64,000 bases of DNA from Camelus dromedarius (lineage: Eukaryota). Numbering within the stretch: the stretch's first letter is position 1; each line of letters starts with the position of its first letter. Both the position numbers and the translations under genes were made by a program. The stretch covers positions 88,414,001-88,478,000 of the forward strand of contig NC_087436.1 of the NCBI RefSeq assembly GCF_036321535.1. Direction: 5' to 3'. This document shows positions 14,105 through 27,018 of this stretch, one piece after another. The notes under the pieces were generated by a model, which had not been told where the DNA came from, made no database searches, and saw nothing but the letters and a program-made list of their open reading frames with translations.

Positions 14105-14632
14105 TGTATCAGTTAGGATTGAGTTGAGCTATATATCACACAAAATCCCCACATAATCATAGCTTAAATAAAATAGCTGCTTTTTTTTTTTTCTTTCTCT
14201 CTTTCAATATAGAAGAAAGAAAAGACTGGAGGTAGGCTGTCCTGAACTGGTCTGGGGAAATCCAATCCAGGGATCTCAGATCCTGTCTTTCCCTTCTGTC
14301 TTCCTAGCTTATATCTTTCATGTTGGCCCAAGATGGTTGCTGGAGCTCCAGCCGTCTTATCTGAATTACAGGCTGGATGAAGGAAGAAAGACAGAAAAGC
14401 AAGAAGGTGCTTCTCCCACCTGAGTCAGTTTCTCTTAACAGCCTTCCTTTATGTTCCATATAAGACTTCTGCCTACATCTCACTGACCAGAACTTAGCCA
14501 CATGGTCATATTTAGTTGCAGAGGGAGCTGAGAAGTAGTCTTTTATTCTGAGTGTCAACATATCCAACCAAAAGTTAGGGTTCTGTTACTGATGAGAAGT
14601 GGATGTTGTAGGTAGACAGGAATCTCTGCCTC
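14105..14632 (-). mobile_element. MLT1 (MaLR) solo LTR
   Basis: 'tgtatcagttaggattg...', 'ccaagatggttgctggagctccagc', 'gaccagaacttagccacatgg'. Confidence 0.7.
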
Positions 14633-14704
14633 GTCCTAGTAGATGCCTCTTTCCACTCTTGCCCTCTCAAGTCTGTTGTACGTAATGGCCACAGTGATCT
14701 TTTG

Positions 14705-14996
14705 CCATCTTTAAAAAATTTTTTTCTGTTTATTTATTTTATTCTTATTTTTTATTGAAGTGTAGTCAATTTACAGTGTTAGTTTCAGATATACAGCAAA
14801 GCGATTTAGTTATACATACATATATATTGAATATAGTTGAATTGAATTCAACAAGAATAGAGTTCCCTGTGCTATACAGTAGGTCCTTGTTGTTTACCTG
14901 TTTTATATACAGTAGTATGTATCTGTTAATTCCCAAACTGTCCCTCCCGCCACCCATTCCATAACCACAGTTTGTTTTCTATGTCCATGAGTCTAT
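14705..14996 (-). mobile_element. 5'-truncated L1 3' end (artiodactyl type)
   Basis: T-rich tail, 'ttccctgtgctatacagtaggtcc'; flanking imperfect TSD tggccacagtgatcttttg / tggctgcagtgatgttttg. Confidence 0.8.
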
Positions 14997-16939
14997 TGGC
15001 TGCAGTGATGTTTTGAAAACACAAATACGATCATGTTCCTCTCCTGCTTAAAACTTTTCAGAAGCTTCCCATTACTCCCAATTTAAATCTCGAAAGTCTT
15101 CAACAGGCCTTTGGTCCAGCAGCGTGCCCACCTGTCTACATTCATTTGCAGTTCCTTCTCTTCCTCACTGCCAACCTCCAGCTCACCAGTCTTTCTGTTC
15201 TTAAAGACGGTTGGCTGCTTTCCACCTTAGAACATGTGCTTTATGTATGTCCTTTGTCTAGAACCCATGTCTCCCTTCTCTTGACTGGCTAACATCTTCA
15301 GGTCTCAGCTTCAATATCACTTTCTCAGTACAGCCTCTCTGATCTTCTAGGTTAGATTAATTTTCCCTGTATAATATTATCTTGTGCTTTTACTTTCTAC
15401 CACCTCTCTCTCTTCAATAAATTATTGGTACAATTGTATTTTCAGTCTTTCTCTCAACTAATCTATCACAGGCAGATGAAGGCACTGCTTAGCCCAGTAC
15501 TTGACCTGTGGTAAGTAACAGTTGGTTATTAAAATGATTGAATGGGATTCAGGTTCAAGGATGTATATGATGGATTTATTCTGAATCATGTTAAAAGCAT
15601 GTAAATGAAAGACATAAGGAGAAGGGTCTTGCTAGGTAATCAGAGATACCCAATCAGGCACAGGTGAGAAGCTGGGACTAGACAAGTAGATTTGAAATCA
15701 TCAAATCTAATCTGTTTATCCTAAAAGAAGATAGTTTCCCTAGTGGACACGCAGTGGGCTTTAAAGTCAGACAGATCTACTCTGAATCTTGGTTCTATCA
15801 CATATCAGCTGTGACACTGGGCAGTTGATAAAACTCTGAGTCTCAGTTTCTTTATCTCTAAATGGAGAAAACACCTACTCTGAAAGGCCATTTGTGTGCA
15901 GACAGAATATTTCAAACACTTCTGTCTAGTTGGTTCAGAAACACTTTAAGAAGGAAAATAGTCCTTCAAAAAGAGAGAAAATGGAAAACATTATTCTTTT
16001 TATCCTTTCCTGGTCATCCTGAATGCACATCCTTTTGGACAACGAAAATCAAGATTGCTGTCTGAGCTTAGGAACAGAGGGGCTTCAGGACCTTTCTGTG
16101 GGCTTTTTTTTTTTTTTTAATTTACCAAATACTTCTATATTGCTATATGTCATGCATGGTCTTAAGTGCTTTGCAGGTATTACCTTTAATTCTCTGAACT
16201 TTATAAGTAGATGCAGTTATTCCCATTTTACAGATGAGGAAACAGACGGGGAGGTTGAATACCTTACACAAGGTTGTAGGGCTAGGATGCAGCAGAGCCA
16301 GGAACCCAGCTGAGGCTATCTCATTTATACATAAGGATCACACTTATATCAACCTTTATATTCAGCAGAACATGCATTATCCCTCAAAAAAGCCTAAGAA
16401 GCCGGTAAAAATATGTCTCTGTAATATTACTGTTATGCTTTGAAGGAAGAGAAATCTTTGGCCAAAGGTGCTCTTTGCGGTTGTGTGTTAAGACTGTGAG
16501 TTACCGGAGATCAACTGTTTCTAACATAAAAAGGAAGTGCCAATATAGTTGCTTGCTGATTCAGTATTGGTTTTATACTGTAAGACAGAGAAATAGCCTC
16601 TAAGGGCAAAAATAGTACAGTCACGTGAAGCATCAGAAGTCCTTTTTAAAAATAGAATTATCAGACCCCTGAAGTAAAGGTTAATCTTTTTTTCTGGGTG
16701 AAAAGAGTGGATGTAGGTAGATGCTGGTCGTTTCTGTTATATCCCCCTGTAATTTTAGGGAACTGATATTTGTCATGATCCAAGGAAGAATCTCATTCTT
16801 CTAAAACCCAGTCAAATTTGACATCAATTCTCAGAAGATCTTTCCTCAAGTCTAGAAGGTAGGTGTAAGGGTCTTTCCTTTCATAGAACTAGTGACTTTT
16901 GCTTTATTTTCCCTAAGGACTAATATTGTTTAAAAGAAT

Positions 16940-17185
16940 AGTATTAATAGCTAAACTTATTAAGCATTTACAATTTGTCAGCTTTGTTCTGAATGCTTAA
17001 CATAAATTGACTCAAATTCTTACAACAAACTTAGGAAGTTGTGGTGCTGTTATTCATCCCATGGGACAGCTATAGAAACTAAAGCACAGAGAGGTTAAGT
17101 AACTTTTCCAAGGAGGCACAGCAAGTAAGTGGCAGAACTGGGATGCAAACTCAGGCATTCTAGCTCCACAGTCTTTGCTCTTAGT
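16940..17185 (-). mobile_element. MIR SINE
   Basis: 'gaaactaaagcacagagaggttaagtaacttttccaagg'. Confidence 0.8.
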
Positions 17186-18364
17186 TGAATGAGATATAAA
17201 ATATATAAAACGAAGTAAAAGTGATTTGTTCTCTTATTTTTGTTTTTCAAAAGCTACCCAGGTTTCTTCTTCCAAAAAAGAATAGCACACCAGGTAATAG
17301 AGCCAAGCTTAGCTTTCTGTTTTTAACAGCCTGGGCCCTTGCATACAATTTAAGGCCAAGGATCATCATAGCCTTGAAGATGAAGTGCAACCCCATAGCC
17401 TGATATATAGAACACTTTGTAATCTGGTCTCTTCTGAGCCTCCCAGTCTCTGATCCTGCCTCTTCCACCTGTCCTCCTCAGTACATCTGAACACCCCAGT
17501 GCACTGGCATCCCTAAATCTGCCAGGCTCTTTTGTAGCTACATGCCTTTGCTTATGATGTTCTACTTGTAGGTAATATTCTTATTCACAATTTAAGGCTT
17601 AGCTCGAAGAGACATATCCTCTGTGCAGCCTTCTCTGACTCTTCTTCTGGAAGAATTCACCTCTTTTCTCTTTTCCCACTGCATTTTGTTCCAGGAAGAG
17701 CATTCCACATTGCTTTATGAGTAACCATCTCTTCCCAATCTGTTGGAAATTCCTGAGAACAGGAGCAGATACTACATAAATGCTGACTGTAAGAGCTGGA
17801 GGGGTGAGGAGATGTAGGGGAGATAACAGAAAGGTATGAGAGTATGTGAGTTAATTCCTGACCTTGGATAATATCTTGTGTATGGAGTGTAAGACTTTCT
17901 GACTTGAGGACATAAACTATTCAGTGTGGCCTCCTTCCTTTCAAAACTAAGCATGAAAAGCTTACAAATTGCAAAGTCCACAGTCGTGATACCCATGAAA
18001 CATGCTACAGTGAAACAACTATCAATTTTTAGGAATCGAAATAGTTTTTAAATAATTACTGTTATTCCAGGTTAACTGTCTGATGCTTTAATTTGGCTAA
18101 GTTAAATCGAATTCAAATCCCAACATTTTCCTAGATTGTCTACACCAAATATTGGTTGAGTTCTGACTGTGCCGGGTGCTGGTGGTGACACCCCAGGTGG
18201 GCGCCATCCCCTGCCTGTCTATTATGAGCATCTGGTCTTTGACAAGAGCCTCACAGATAGTAACTGCATTTATGATATGTAGAAGTGAGAAAAAGTACAG
18301 GCTGCTTTTATTTCAGAGTACAAGGTATGTGAGTAGGACCAAAATATTCTGAAGGTACAAAATG

Positions 18365-18447
18365 TATTAAATTGAACCATCTGAAATTACCAGTATTTGA
18401 TCGTTTTTGACTCCAGAAATGGCAGTTTCATATGGTTTGCCCTAATA
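18365..18447. mobile_element. MADE2-like mariner MITE
   Basis: ~80-bp element with TA ends and long imperfect TIRs tattaaattgaaccatctgaaatt / cagtttcatatggtttgccctaata. Confidence 0.75.
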
Positions 18448-19989
18448 GTATTTTCATGGATTGATGAGAAGAGCCACTTCTCTTTCTGAATCCACTTAGC
18501 TGTGCTTGGTAATATGGAGGTTTCAGATATACTCACTGGAGTTGTTACTACAGTAACTCCTACAAGTTCCTCAAAAGCCTTCCAAGGCTGGTTGCTGTCT
18601 AGGTGGTGTGATGTGGTACCTCTGCACCCGGAAGGGCGGTGACAGGGTGAGGAAGAGGACAGTCAGACAGGTAGTGCCCCATCACAAGTGCTGGTGGGCT
18701 CGCAGTGAGCATAACCTGGCTGTTGGGCTGTGGGGATCTTATATTTGGCATTGGGGAGCATCTCTTGGAATGGCCATATTTTCTGCAACATGGATTAATT
18801 TTTCCTAGAATATTTGAGAGTTAATTACATTCACAATAGCAGACTAAGAGGAGATGAATTGTTAAATGTGGCCCCCATCTGTGACAGCCAGTACAGAGTA
18901 GAGCAGTGCAGCCCAGGGTTCTGTATCTTCTTCATCTGCCCTTGAGCAGGTGGTTTCACCTCAGTATCCCATTTACCCAGTTGTAAGATGCAGATGCTAA
19001 ATAACTCAGTTCTTCAGCAGGATCAGTAGCTCTGTAGTTAATTACAGAGTACCTGGAGGTTGATGGATGCAAGGAGCTGTGTAGACGTGACCCCTAAGAG
19101 CAGTTGCGTGGACAGCAGGGGCTGTTTCGCTGCTTCTTCTAAATCCAGTGTGTCCATTATACAAGGACAGCTGAAGCTTTTTTAGTAGCAGTTAAGTAAT
19201 CTGCCCATCTCTACTTTTTACCAGTTTATAAAGGACCCTTTCCATATTCTCACAAAAATTTTTGTGAGAAGTAGATCCAATGACAGCTTTGATCAGGATT
19301 CAATGAAATGAGATGGGAAGAAGTATTTTTTAGACTTTTATTATGGAAAGTTTCAAATATACTCAAGAGTAGAAGGAATAGTACAGTGACACCCCCCCCA
19401 ATCCGGTACCCAGCACCAGCCAGATGACCCTAAGTCATACTTCTCCCACCTCCATTATCTTGTAGAAAATCCTCCCCACTCTCACTGTCTTGTGGAAAGC
19501 ACACCATTTCTTCTACAGGTGCTTCACTATCCATCTCCAAAAGGCACGGAGTCCCCATCTAGGTAGACCCTTAGTACTATCACCACACCTCAGCAGAGCT
19601 TCCTGGATGTCTTGAAGCACATCCAGTTAGTGGAAGAAATTGTTTTAAAAATAATTTTGGTTACCTATAAGATGTTCCCAATTAAGCAGTTATGCTACCA
19701 AAGTTTTCTGTAAATTGATTAATTGTAACACAAAGCGAATATTCCTACAAAAACCATAATAAAAGCTGTGATTGGCAACCATTAGGCCCACAGAAACCCA
19801 AGGAACTAGGCAGTTCTGTGTATCTCTCTTTGAATATCTTACTGTGAGGAGAATTGATGGGCAGGTTACTTCTCTTGTGAGAGACCTTGATCTAATATAC
19901 ACATTTTCCCTCTCTTTTTTTAATCTTTTATGAGGATTACACCCCCGCCCCTCCCCCAGTGGGGAGGCCATTTGGGGTTTTTTCCCCAT

Positions 19990-20415
19990 TTTTAAAAATT
20001 GGAGTATAGTTGATTTACAGTGTATTAGTTTCTGGTGTACAGCATGTATTAGTATAGTATTCAGTTGTATACATATATGTGTTCTTTTTCATATTCTTTT
20101 TCATTATATGCTATTACAAGATAATGAATATAGTTCCCTGTGCTATACAGTAGGACCTTGTTTATCTATTTTATATATAGTAGTTTGTGCAGCTAATCCC
20201 AAACTCCCAATTTATCCCTCCCTCCCCCCACCCCCATAACCATAAGTTTGTTTTCTGTGTCTCTGAGTCCCTTTCTGTTTTGTAAATAAGTTCATTGTGT
20301 CACTCTTTAAGATTCTACCTGTGAGTGAAATATGATATTTGTCTTTTTCTGGCTTACTTCACTTAGTATGGTAATCTCCAGGTCCACCCGTGTTGCTGCC
20401 AATGACATTGCTTCA
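19990..20415 (-). mobile_element. 5'-truncated L1 3' UTR (artiodactyl type)
   Basis: 'ttggagtatagttgatttaca', 'ttccctgtgctatacagtagg', 'tggcttacttcacttagtatg'. Confidence 0.85.
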
Positions 20416-22341
20416 GCACACTTTCTCTTTCTTGCTGGTGTTCTAATGGTCATCCCTTCTCCCCACGTCTGCCTCCTCGCTCTCCTCCCCTTCGTCCCCA
20501 TTCTGTAGGCCCTGCTAGAAGCAAAAGGAAGGAACTTTTCCCAGCATGACGGATTATCTTTATTGTGGAAAAAAAAAGGAGAGATGTTGCTTTCTCAGGG
20601 GCAGTGAGCAGTCTAGGGAAGCTATCATTATGTGCAGTTGAATATTTTTAAGGTATTTAGAAAACAAATTGCAGGGTGGTCCTTTTAACACTGGAGAGGA
20701 CTAGAGAAATATTGTACATGGTCCAGTAGAAACTTATTTAAAGACCAAGTGAATGCTCTGGTTTTGCAGTACCCCAGCAAAGCTCAGTTCAATTTTAAAT
20801 ACATCATATTTCCAATTCATATGTGTATGCAAGCACCTTTGCCCTCCGCTAACATCACATAAGCAGAGAGAGGGGTTTTTCTTAGTGAAGGAACTGGTGT
20901 GGTGTGGACAGCGTAGGGGTAAGTTCCTGAGAGGGTGCGAGCCTCCCAGCTTTTTCCCTGCCCAGAAACACAGTCCTGCTGTTAAGTCATGGGTCACCCT
21001 TGTAGGGTGAGGCTGTGGGGCAGTTGCCACTCCTGGGGCTGTCCTTTTTCTGGCTTGTCACTTCATCAGTCCATTTGGCCAGGATGAGACTACTGGGAGT
21101 GGGGGTAGAAATTGTATCCCTACTTGTGCTGGAGTTGTAGGTTCATACCATGCGCCAAAGCCACAGTTTGCCTTGTGTGGTTGCATTACTAGTTGCCCCT
21201 GCCACCCACCACCTACGCCGGAAATTGCATTTACTCTTTTGCCCTGTTTGCTGTCTGTAACTCTCACCCACCAGAAACTCCCAAAGCTTATCTCTCCCAA
21301 GTTCCTCTTGCTAAGAGATCATGTTTGTGTGATTCCAGTTATTTCCACTTTTATAAAGATGTAAAATGTCACTAAAAACAAACCTGAAACCTTGAAGGGT
21401 CCACTGGAGAGCCGCAGAACACGCGCGCACACACACACACGCTCACACACACACACACACGTACACAGAATTCCTAGTACAGAAGCCAAGTGCTGCTTAC
21501 CATAGAAACTGTTAACCATAGAAACCTGACAACTGAAACCTAGGGTAAAGGAACTTCCTCCTCTCTTTTTCCCCTCTTCCTTCTCTTTTGCTACTTAAAA
21601 AAAAGAAGGCAGACATTTGCAGGGCACCTCCAGTGATTACCACCTCTGTGGTTGAGGAGGGGGTCCCATGACAGAAGTTGTATCTCTGAGAATTACAACC
21701 TGACAGCTACTCTCTAAACTGGGGTTCACACATGCAGCAGCGTGCTTTGATTGAACAGGAGGAGCAGAGGAAGGGCCTCTTGGGTCCTGGCGGTTTGTGG
21801 CATGCCTGTGGCCACCTCGTACAGCATGTGTCTGAGAGAGCAGTGGCGGAAATAGAGCTGGCTGGAACTCTTCTCTGAAACAGCACAGACACAGAACAGT
21901 GGTGACTCTGACTGGATATTGTGAAATTAGATCCGAGGAAGGCCTCCTCTCCACTTGGCCGAATCCCCTCCTGTTCATTCATGTCCTCATTCATTCATGC
22001 ACTTATGCAAAAAGTCAGTGGCACCTGCTAGGCACCAGGTGCCGGGGAGGAAGTGGATGTGTCTTCACTGACCCTCCAGTGGGTGACCTTTACCATGCCT
22101 GCCTTGAAGAAGGGGGTGATGAGAAGGAGAGAAAGAGGAGGCTGGGACCAGACTCCAGGTTTAGGGGAAGGTATTAAAATAATTTTATTTCTTAACCAGA
22201 AGTTCATTTAGTACTGGATGAGTCGGGTGGATGGATTGGCTTTTTTTACATCAGAATAAATACTGAGGTAGAGCCTTCATTTAAATGAGAACTGATGGAT
22301 TGCCTGCTTCTGGCCCATTATAAGCTGAAGTTAGTTTGCTT

Positions 22342-23812
22342 TTTTTTTTTTTTTTAACATTTTTTATTGATTTATAATCATTTTACAATGTTGTGTCAAA
22401 TTCCAGTGTTCAGCACAATTTTTCAGTCATTCTTGGACATATACACACTCACTGTCGCATTTTTTTCTCTGTGAGTTATCATAACATTTTGTGTATATTT
22501 CCCCATGCTATACAGTATAATCTTGTTTATCTATTCTGCAATTTTGAAATCCCAGTCTATCCCTTCCCACCCTCCACCCCCCTGGCAACCACAAGTCTGT
22601 ATTCTCTGTCTATGAGTCTATTTCTGTCCTGTATTTATGCTTTGTTTTTGTTTGTTTGTTTGTTTGTTTTTGTTTTTGTTTTTTAGATTCCACATATGAG
22701 CGATCTCATATGGTATTTTTCTTTCTCTTTCTGGCTTACTTCACTTAGAATGACATTCTCCAGGAGCATCCATGTTGCTGCAAATGGCATTATGTTGCCA
22801 GTTTTTATGGCTGAGTAGTATTCCATTGTATAAATATACCACATCTTCTTTATCCAGTCACCTGTTGATGGACATTAAGGCTGTTTCCATGTTTTGGCTA
22901 TTGTAAATAGTGCTGCTGTGAACATTGGGGTGCAGGTGTCATCCTGAAGTAGGGTTCCTTCTGGATACAAGCCCAAGAGTGGGATTCCTGGGTCATACTG
23001 TAAGTCTATTCCTAGTCTTTTGAGGAATCTCCACACTGTTTTCCATAGTGGCTTCACCAAACTGCATTCCCACCAGCAGTGTAGGAGGGTTCCCCTTTCT
23101 CCACAGCCTCTCCAGCATTTGTCATTTGTGGATTTTTGAATGACGGCCATTCTGACTGGTGTGAGGTGATACCTCATTGTAGTTTTGATTTGCATTTCTC
23201 TGATAATTAGTGATATTGAGCATTTTTTCATGTGCCTTTTGATCATTTGTATGTCTTCCTTGGAGAATTGCTTGTTTAGGTCTTCTGCCCATTTTTGGAT
23301 TGGGTTGTTTATTTTTTTGTTATTGAGTCGTATGAGCTGCTTATATATTCTGGAGATCAAGCCTTTGTCGGTTTCATTTGCAAAAATTTTCTCCCATTCC
23401 GTAGGCTGTCTTCTTGTTTTACTTTTGGTTTCCTTTGCTGTGTAGAAGCTTGTAAGTTTCATTGGGTCCCATTTGTTTATTCTTGCTTTTATTTCTTCTA
23501 GGAGAAAATTTTTGATATGTATGTCAGATAATGTTTTGCCTATGTTTTCCTCTAGGAGGTTTATTGTATCTTGTCTTATGTTTAAGTCCTTGATCCGTTT
23601 TGAGTTGATTTTTGTATATGGTGTAAGGGAGTGTTCTAGCTTCATTGTTTTACATGCTGCTGTCCAGTTTTCCCAACACCATTTGCTGAAGAGACTGTCT
23701 TTATTCCATTGTGTATTCTTGCCTCCTTTGTCGAAGATTAGTTGACCAAAAGTTTGTGGGTTCATTTCTGGGCTCTCTATTCTGTTCCATTGGTCTATAT
23801 GTCTGTTTTTGT
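22342..23812 (-). mobile_element. Young 5'-truncated L1 (ORF2 C-terminus plus 3' UTR)
   Basis: 296-aa ORF2 fragment with CCHC knuckle, poly(T) tail, perfect 16-bp TSD tgaagttagtttgctt at 22326-22341 and 23813-23828. Confidence 0.96.
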
Positions 23813-24039
23813 TGAAGTTAGTTTGCTTATATCAGTTATTTTCTTTCATTGTTGTTGGTTTTTCCCTTTTAAGCCTATGATTTAGAACACTAAATTGTTA
23901 GCAGAGAGTTCCTTAGTTTTCAAATGTTCCCAGATTACAAGGTTCCTGAGGGCAGGGGCTATATTTTTTTTTCAGGTCTCTTGAGGTTATAATCAATCTA
24001 TAATAAAATCTATAATAATAATAATCTATAATAAAATCT

Positions 24040-24525
24040 ATAGTAAAATGTGTATATTTCAGTTGTGTTATTTGAGGAGTTTTGACGTATGTATACACCT
24101 GTGAAACCATCGCTACAGTAAAATAATGAACATATCCATTACCCCCAGAAGTTTCCTCATGTCCCTTCTGTAATTCATACAAAATGAATTTCTTTCTCTT
24201 TTATTCCTACCATCCCTAGGTAATCTGATTTTTGACCCTCTAGATTGGTTTGCATTTATGAGAATTTTAGAATTAACAAACTCATGGAGTTTTTTTTTTT
24301 TAAGCTAGCTTCTTTCACCTAGAATACTATTTTGATACAAATCCATTTCGCTGCATCAATATTGCATTTCTTTTTATTACTGTGAAGTATTTCATTGTCC
24401 AGTCACCTATTGATGGACATTTGGGTTGTTTCCAGTTTTCAGCTACAACAGATAAAGCTGCTGTGAATATTATTGTACAGGTCTTTGGTCAGATGCCATT
24501 GTTTCTCTTGGGTAAATACAGTGGC
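24040..24525 (-). mobile_element. Old L1M 3' fragment
   Basis: 'gtatacacctgtgaaaccatc', 'gatggacatttgggttgtttccagttt'. Confidence 0.75.
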
Positions 24526-26066
24526 CATGCTTTTAAATCTCCACATCTCTTATGCTGAGCACTTTATGGTAAATGCTCAGCACGTATTGTCCTAAGTAAT
24601 TGCTGGACTTTTCCTACATTTCTATGGTAATTGATATATAGGACCTAATTATTTAAAAAAATAGCTTCTTAAAATACTATTTTATTTCAAAAGAAAGGGT
24701 GTTTCGCTATTATCCTTTTTCCCTAGTTTGTTTTGTGATATTTTGTGCACTATAGTTAAGCTTCATTGTCTATTCCTTTATTTTTTGAGTTTTTGAAATA
24801 TTTGAAATATTTGCTGAATTCCACTGAGAAATCCTGCTATGTTACCTAAAGATACAATGTAAAACCCAGTAGAATACTTCAAAGATCTCTGTTAAATCCT
24901 TTTTCCTTGTTGAATTCTGTAGCAATTAGAAACTATATGGTTGAAAAAAATTAAGGATCTGTTTGTGAGAAAAAGAGTTTAAGTGCTGAAAAATTTTAGA
25001 AATATTTTATCTAAAGGGAAAAAAATTATACTAAATAACATATTAGTGATTGCGATGGGCCAGATACTGTGCTGAGTGCTTTATGAGAGTATCACAATTA
25101 ATCTTCACAATAATCTAGGAGATAGGTTATTTAATAGCCCCATTTTACAAGTGAGGAAATGGGGACTAAATGAGATTAATTAATTTGCATGGGACTGTGG
25201 AGCTGGCATTTACATCCAGCCACTACTCACATTAATACTTAGGTTTGCAAGCACAATAGCATGACCTCCCATGAGGTCTAACTCAGTGTGCTTAGCATAT
25301 GGTAGGCATTTCATGTATTAGATCCTGGCCAGGGGCTGTCCTTCCTCAGGTCTGCTGTGTGACCCAGCTCCAGATTTCTCTCAGGTGTTTTTCTCCTGAC
25401 TTTTTTGAAGCCGTAGGATGGTGTAGAGGTTATTGGAAGGCTTAAATGGGTTGATTTATGAAAGAAAGCCTTGGCACACAGTGATGCATGTGTGTTGCCT
25501 GTTACTATGTTAACTACTCAAATATGGGTTAAATCAGATGCTCTGATTTAATATATTTAAGTTCACCCCAGGGAGTCTCATTATTTTGTACCTTTTGCTG
25601 CCAGATTCAGAGCCCAATTTTCAATACCGAGTTTCTTATGTGTTCTTATTTCCTAGTAAAATGCTGCCCTGTGCACCACACTAGGCAGAAAATGTGTCCA
25701 GGTGCGAGTTCTGCCCCAGAAGTCAAATGTTGCTATAAAAATCCAGTTTCTACTTCTGCATTTTCTATACCTTATCAGTAAGGAATATTGAAATCTGGTG
25801 GGGGTGGGAACAAGTAGGCATTTGGGGTTTGTGCAGAAATGTGTGTCTCTGAGGAGAGGTGGCTGAGAATCATTATGTGTAATGTCTGTGGGGTTTTTAG
25901 CTGAATATAGACCTTTAGATTGAATCTTGTCCCACATAAGTGTACTCTTAACTTATGTAGCAGAAGGTATACCAGGCAGGCCAGGTAGTGGAGGAGTACA
26001 GGTACAAATAACAAAATAACAAAAATCAAGGAATGTTAGAATTGGAAATGAAGTGATAATTTAACC

Positions 26067-26346
26067 CAGTGTTGTCCAAACTTAAGCCATTATGCATATT
26101 ACTTACATAATTTTCACATATATATGTGCTATCTCATTCATACTAGTATTAATTTAATACTAGTTTTCCTTTAACTAATTTCCCTTAAATATACTGATTT
26201 TGAAAGGAAACTGTATCACTCAGTAAATGGTAAACCATTAATAAAAGGTAACCATAAAACTAAATACAATGAAAAGAAATGTTTGTCCAAATTCTACCTA
26301 AAACCACCTCCCAGAAACCTCCATAGCATACCTTGGGAAACACTGA
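26067..26346. mobile_element. hAT-Charlie type DNA transposon relic
   Basis: TIR-like ends cagtgttgtccaaac ... ttgggaaacactg. Confidence 0.5.
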
Positions 26347-26427
26347 TTTAGTTCAACATATTCCCTTTCTGGATCTGGAGTCTCAAGTATTGAGTAGCTG
26401 AGATGTGAGGTCTTCCTGTTCTAGAAT

Positions 26428-27018
26428 GTATTGTTCAAGGTAGCAAACTATTGTAACATACAACCCCCGAATCCAGTGCGTTAACACAATAGAAAATTTC
26501 TTGCTTGCCAACATTGTATATAACTGCCTTCCACATGGTGATTCAGGGATCCAGGCTCCTTCTATCTAGTGGCTCTGTTGTCTTTTTTGTTTATTTGTTT
26601 TTAGAGACAACTTTATTGAGATATAATTCACATGCCATACAGTTCACCCACTTAAATTGTGCAATTCCATGGTTTTTAATATGTTCACAGAGTTGTGTAA
26701 CTATCACTGCAATCAACTTAGAACATATTCATCACCCCAAAAAGAAGTCTTGTACCCATTAGCAGTCCTCAGAATCTTCCACTTGATCTTCTACGTGTAG
26801 CTGGGGGCGAGGGAGGCGATGGAAGATGGAGGGTGGTCTGAGAGGTTTTAGAGGCCTGGAAGTGGGGTTGCATCACTTTCGCCTACAGTCCTTTAGCTAG
26901 AGCTTAGGAGCACGGCCTCGCCTAAGTGCACGGAGCTGGGAAAATGCAGTCTTGCTGGGCACCCAGAAAGAAGGGCAAAATGTGGCAAACCAGATTACTA
27001 GCATTGTCTCTGCTCCCA
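26428..27018 (-). mobile_element. MLT1 LTR interrupted by an L1M 3' fragment (~26585-26765)
   Basis: MLT1 text on both sides; inner 'tttattgagatataattcacatgccatacagttcacccac' is an L1 3' end. Confidence 0.6.

Larger units (their letters stand above)
13600..15545 (-). mobile_element. Fragmented L2 LINE hosting later MLT1 and L1 insertions
   Basis: L2 text 'ctcaaattcaaaatgtctgaaa', 'catgttcctctcctgcttaaaac', 'caggtctcagcttcaatatcac'. Confidence 0.7.

Noticed and set aside
22875..23765. 296-aa ORF as a functional gene
   Set aside because: 5'-truncated L1 ORF2 lacking endonuclease and RT, with a premature stop
24553..24582. Hairpin tgctgagca...tgctcagca
   Set aside because: Short stem compatible with chance; too small for a pre-miRNA
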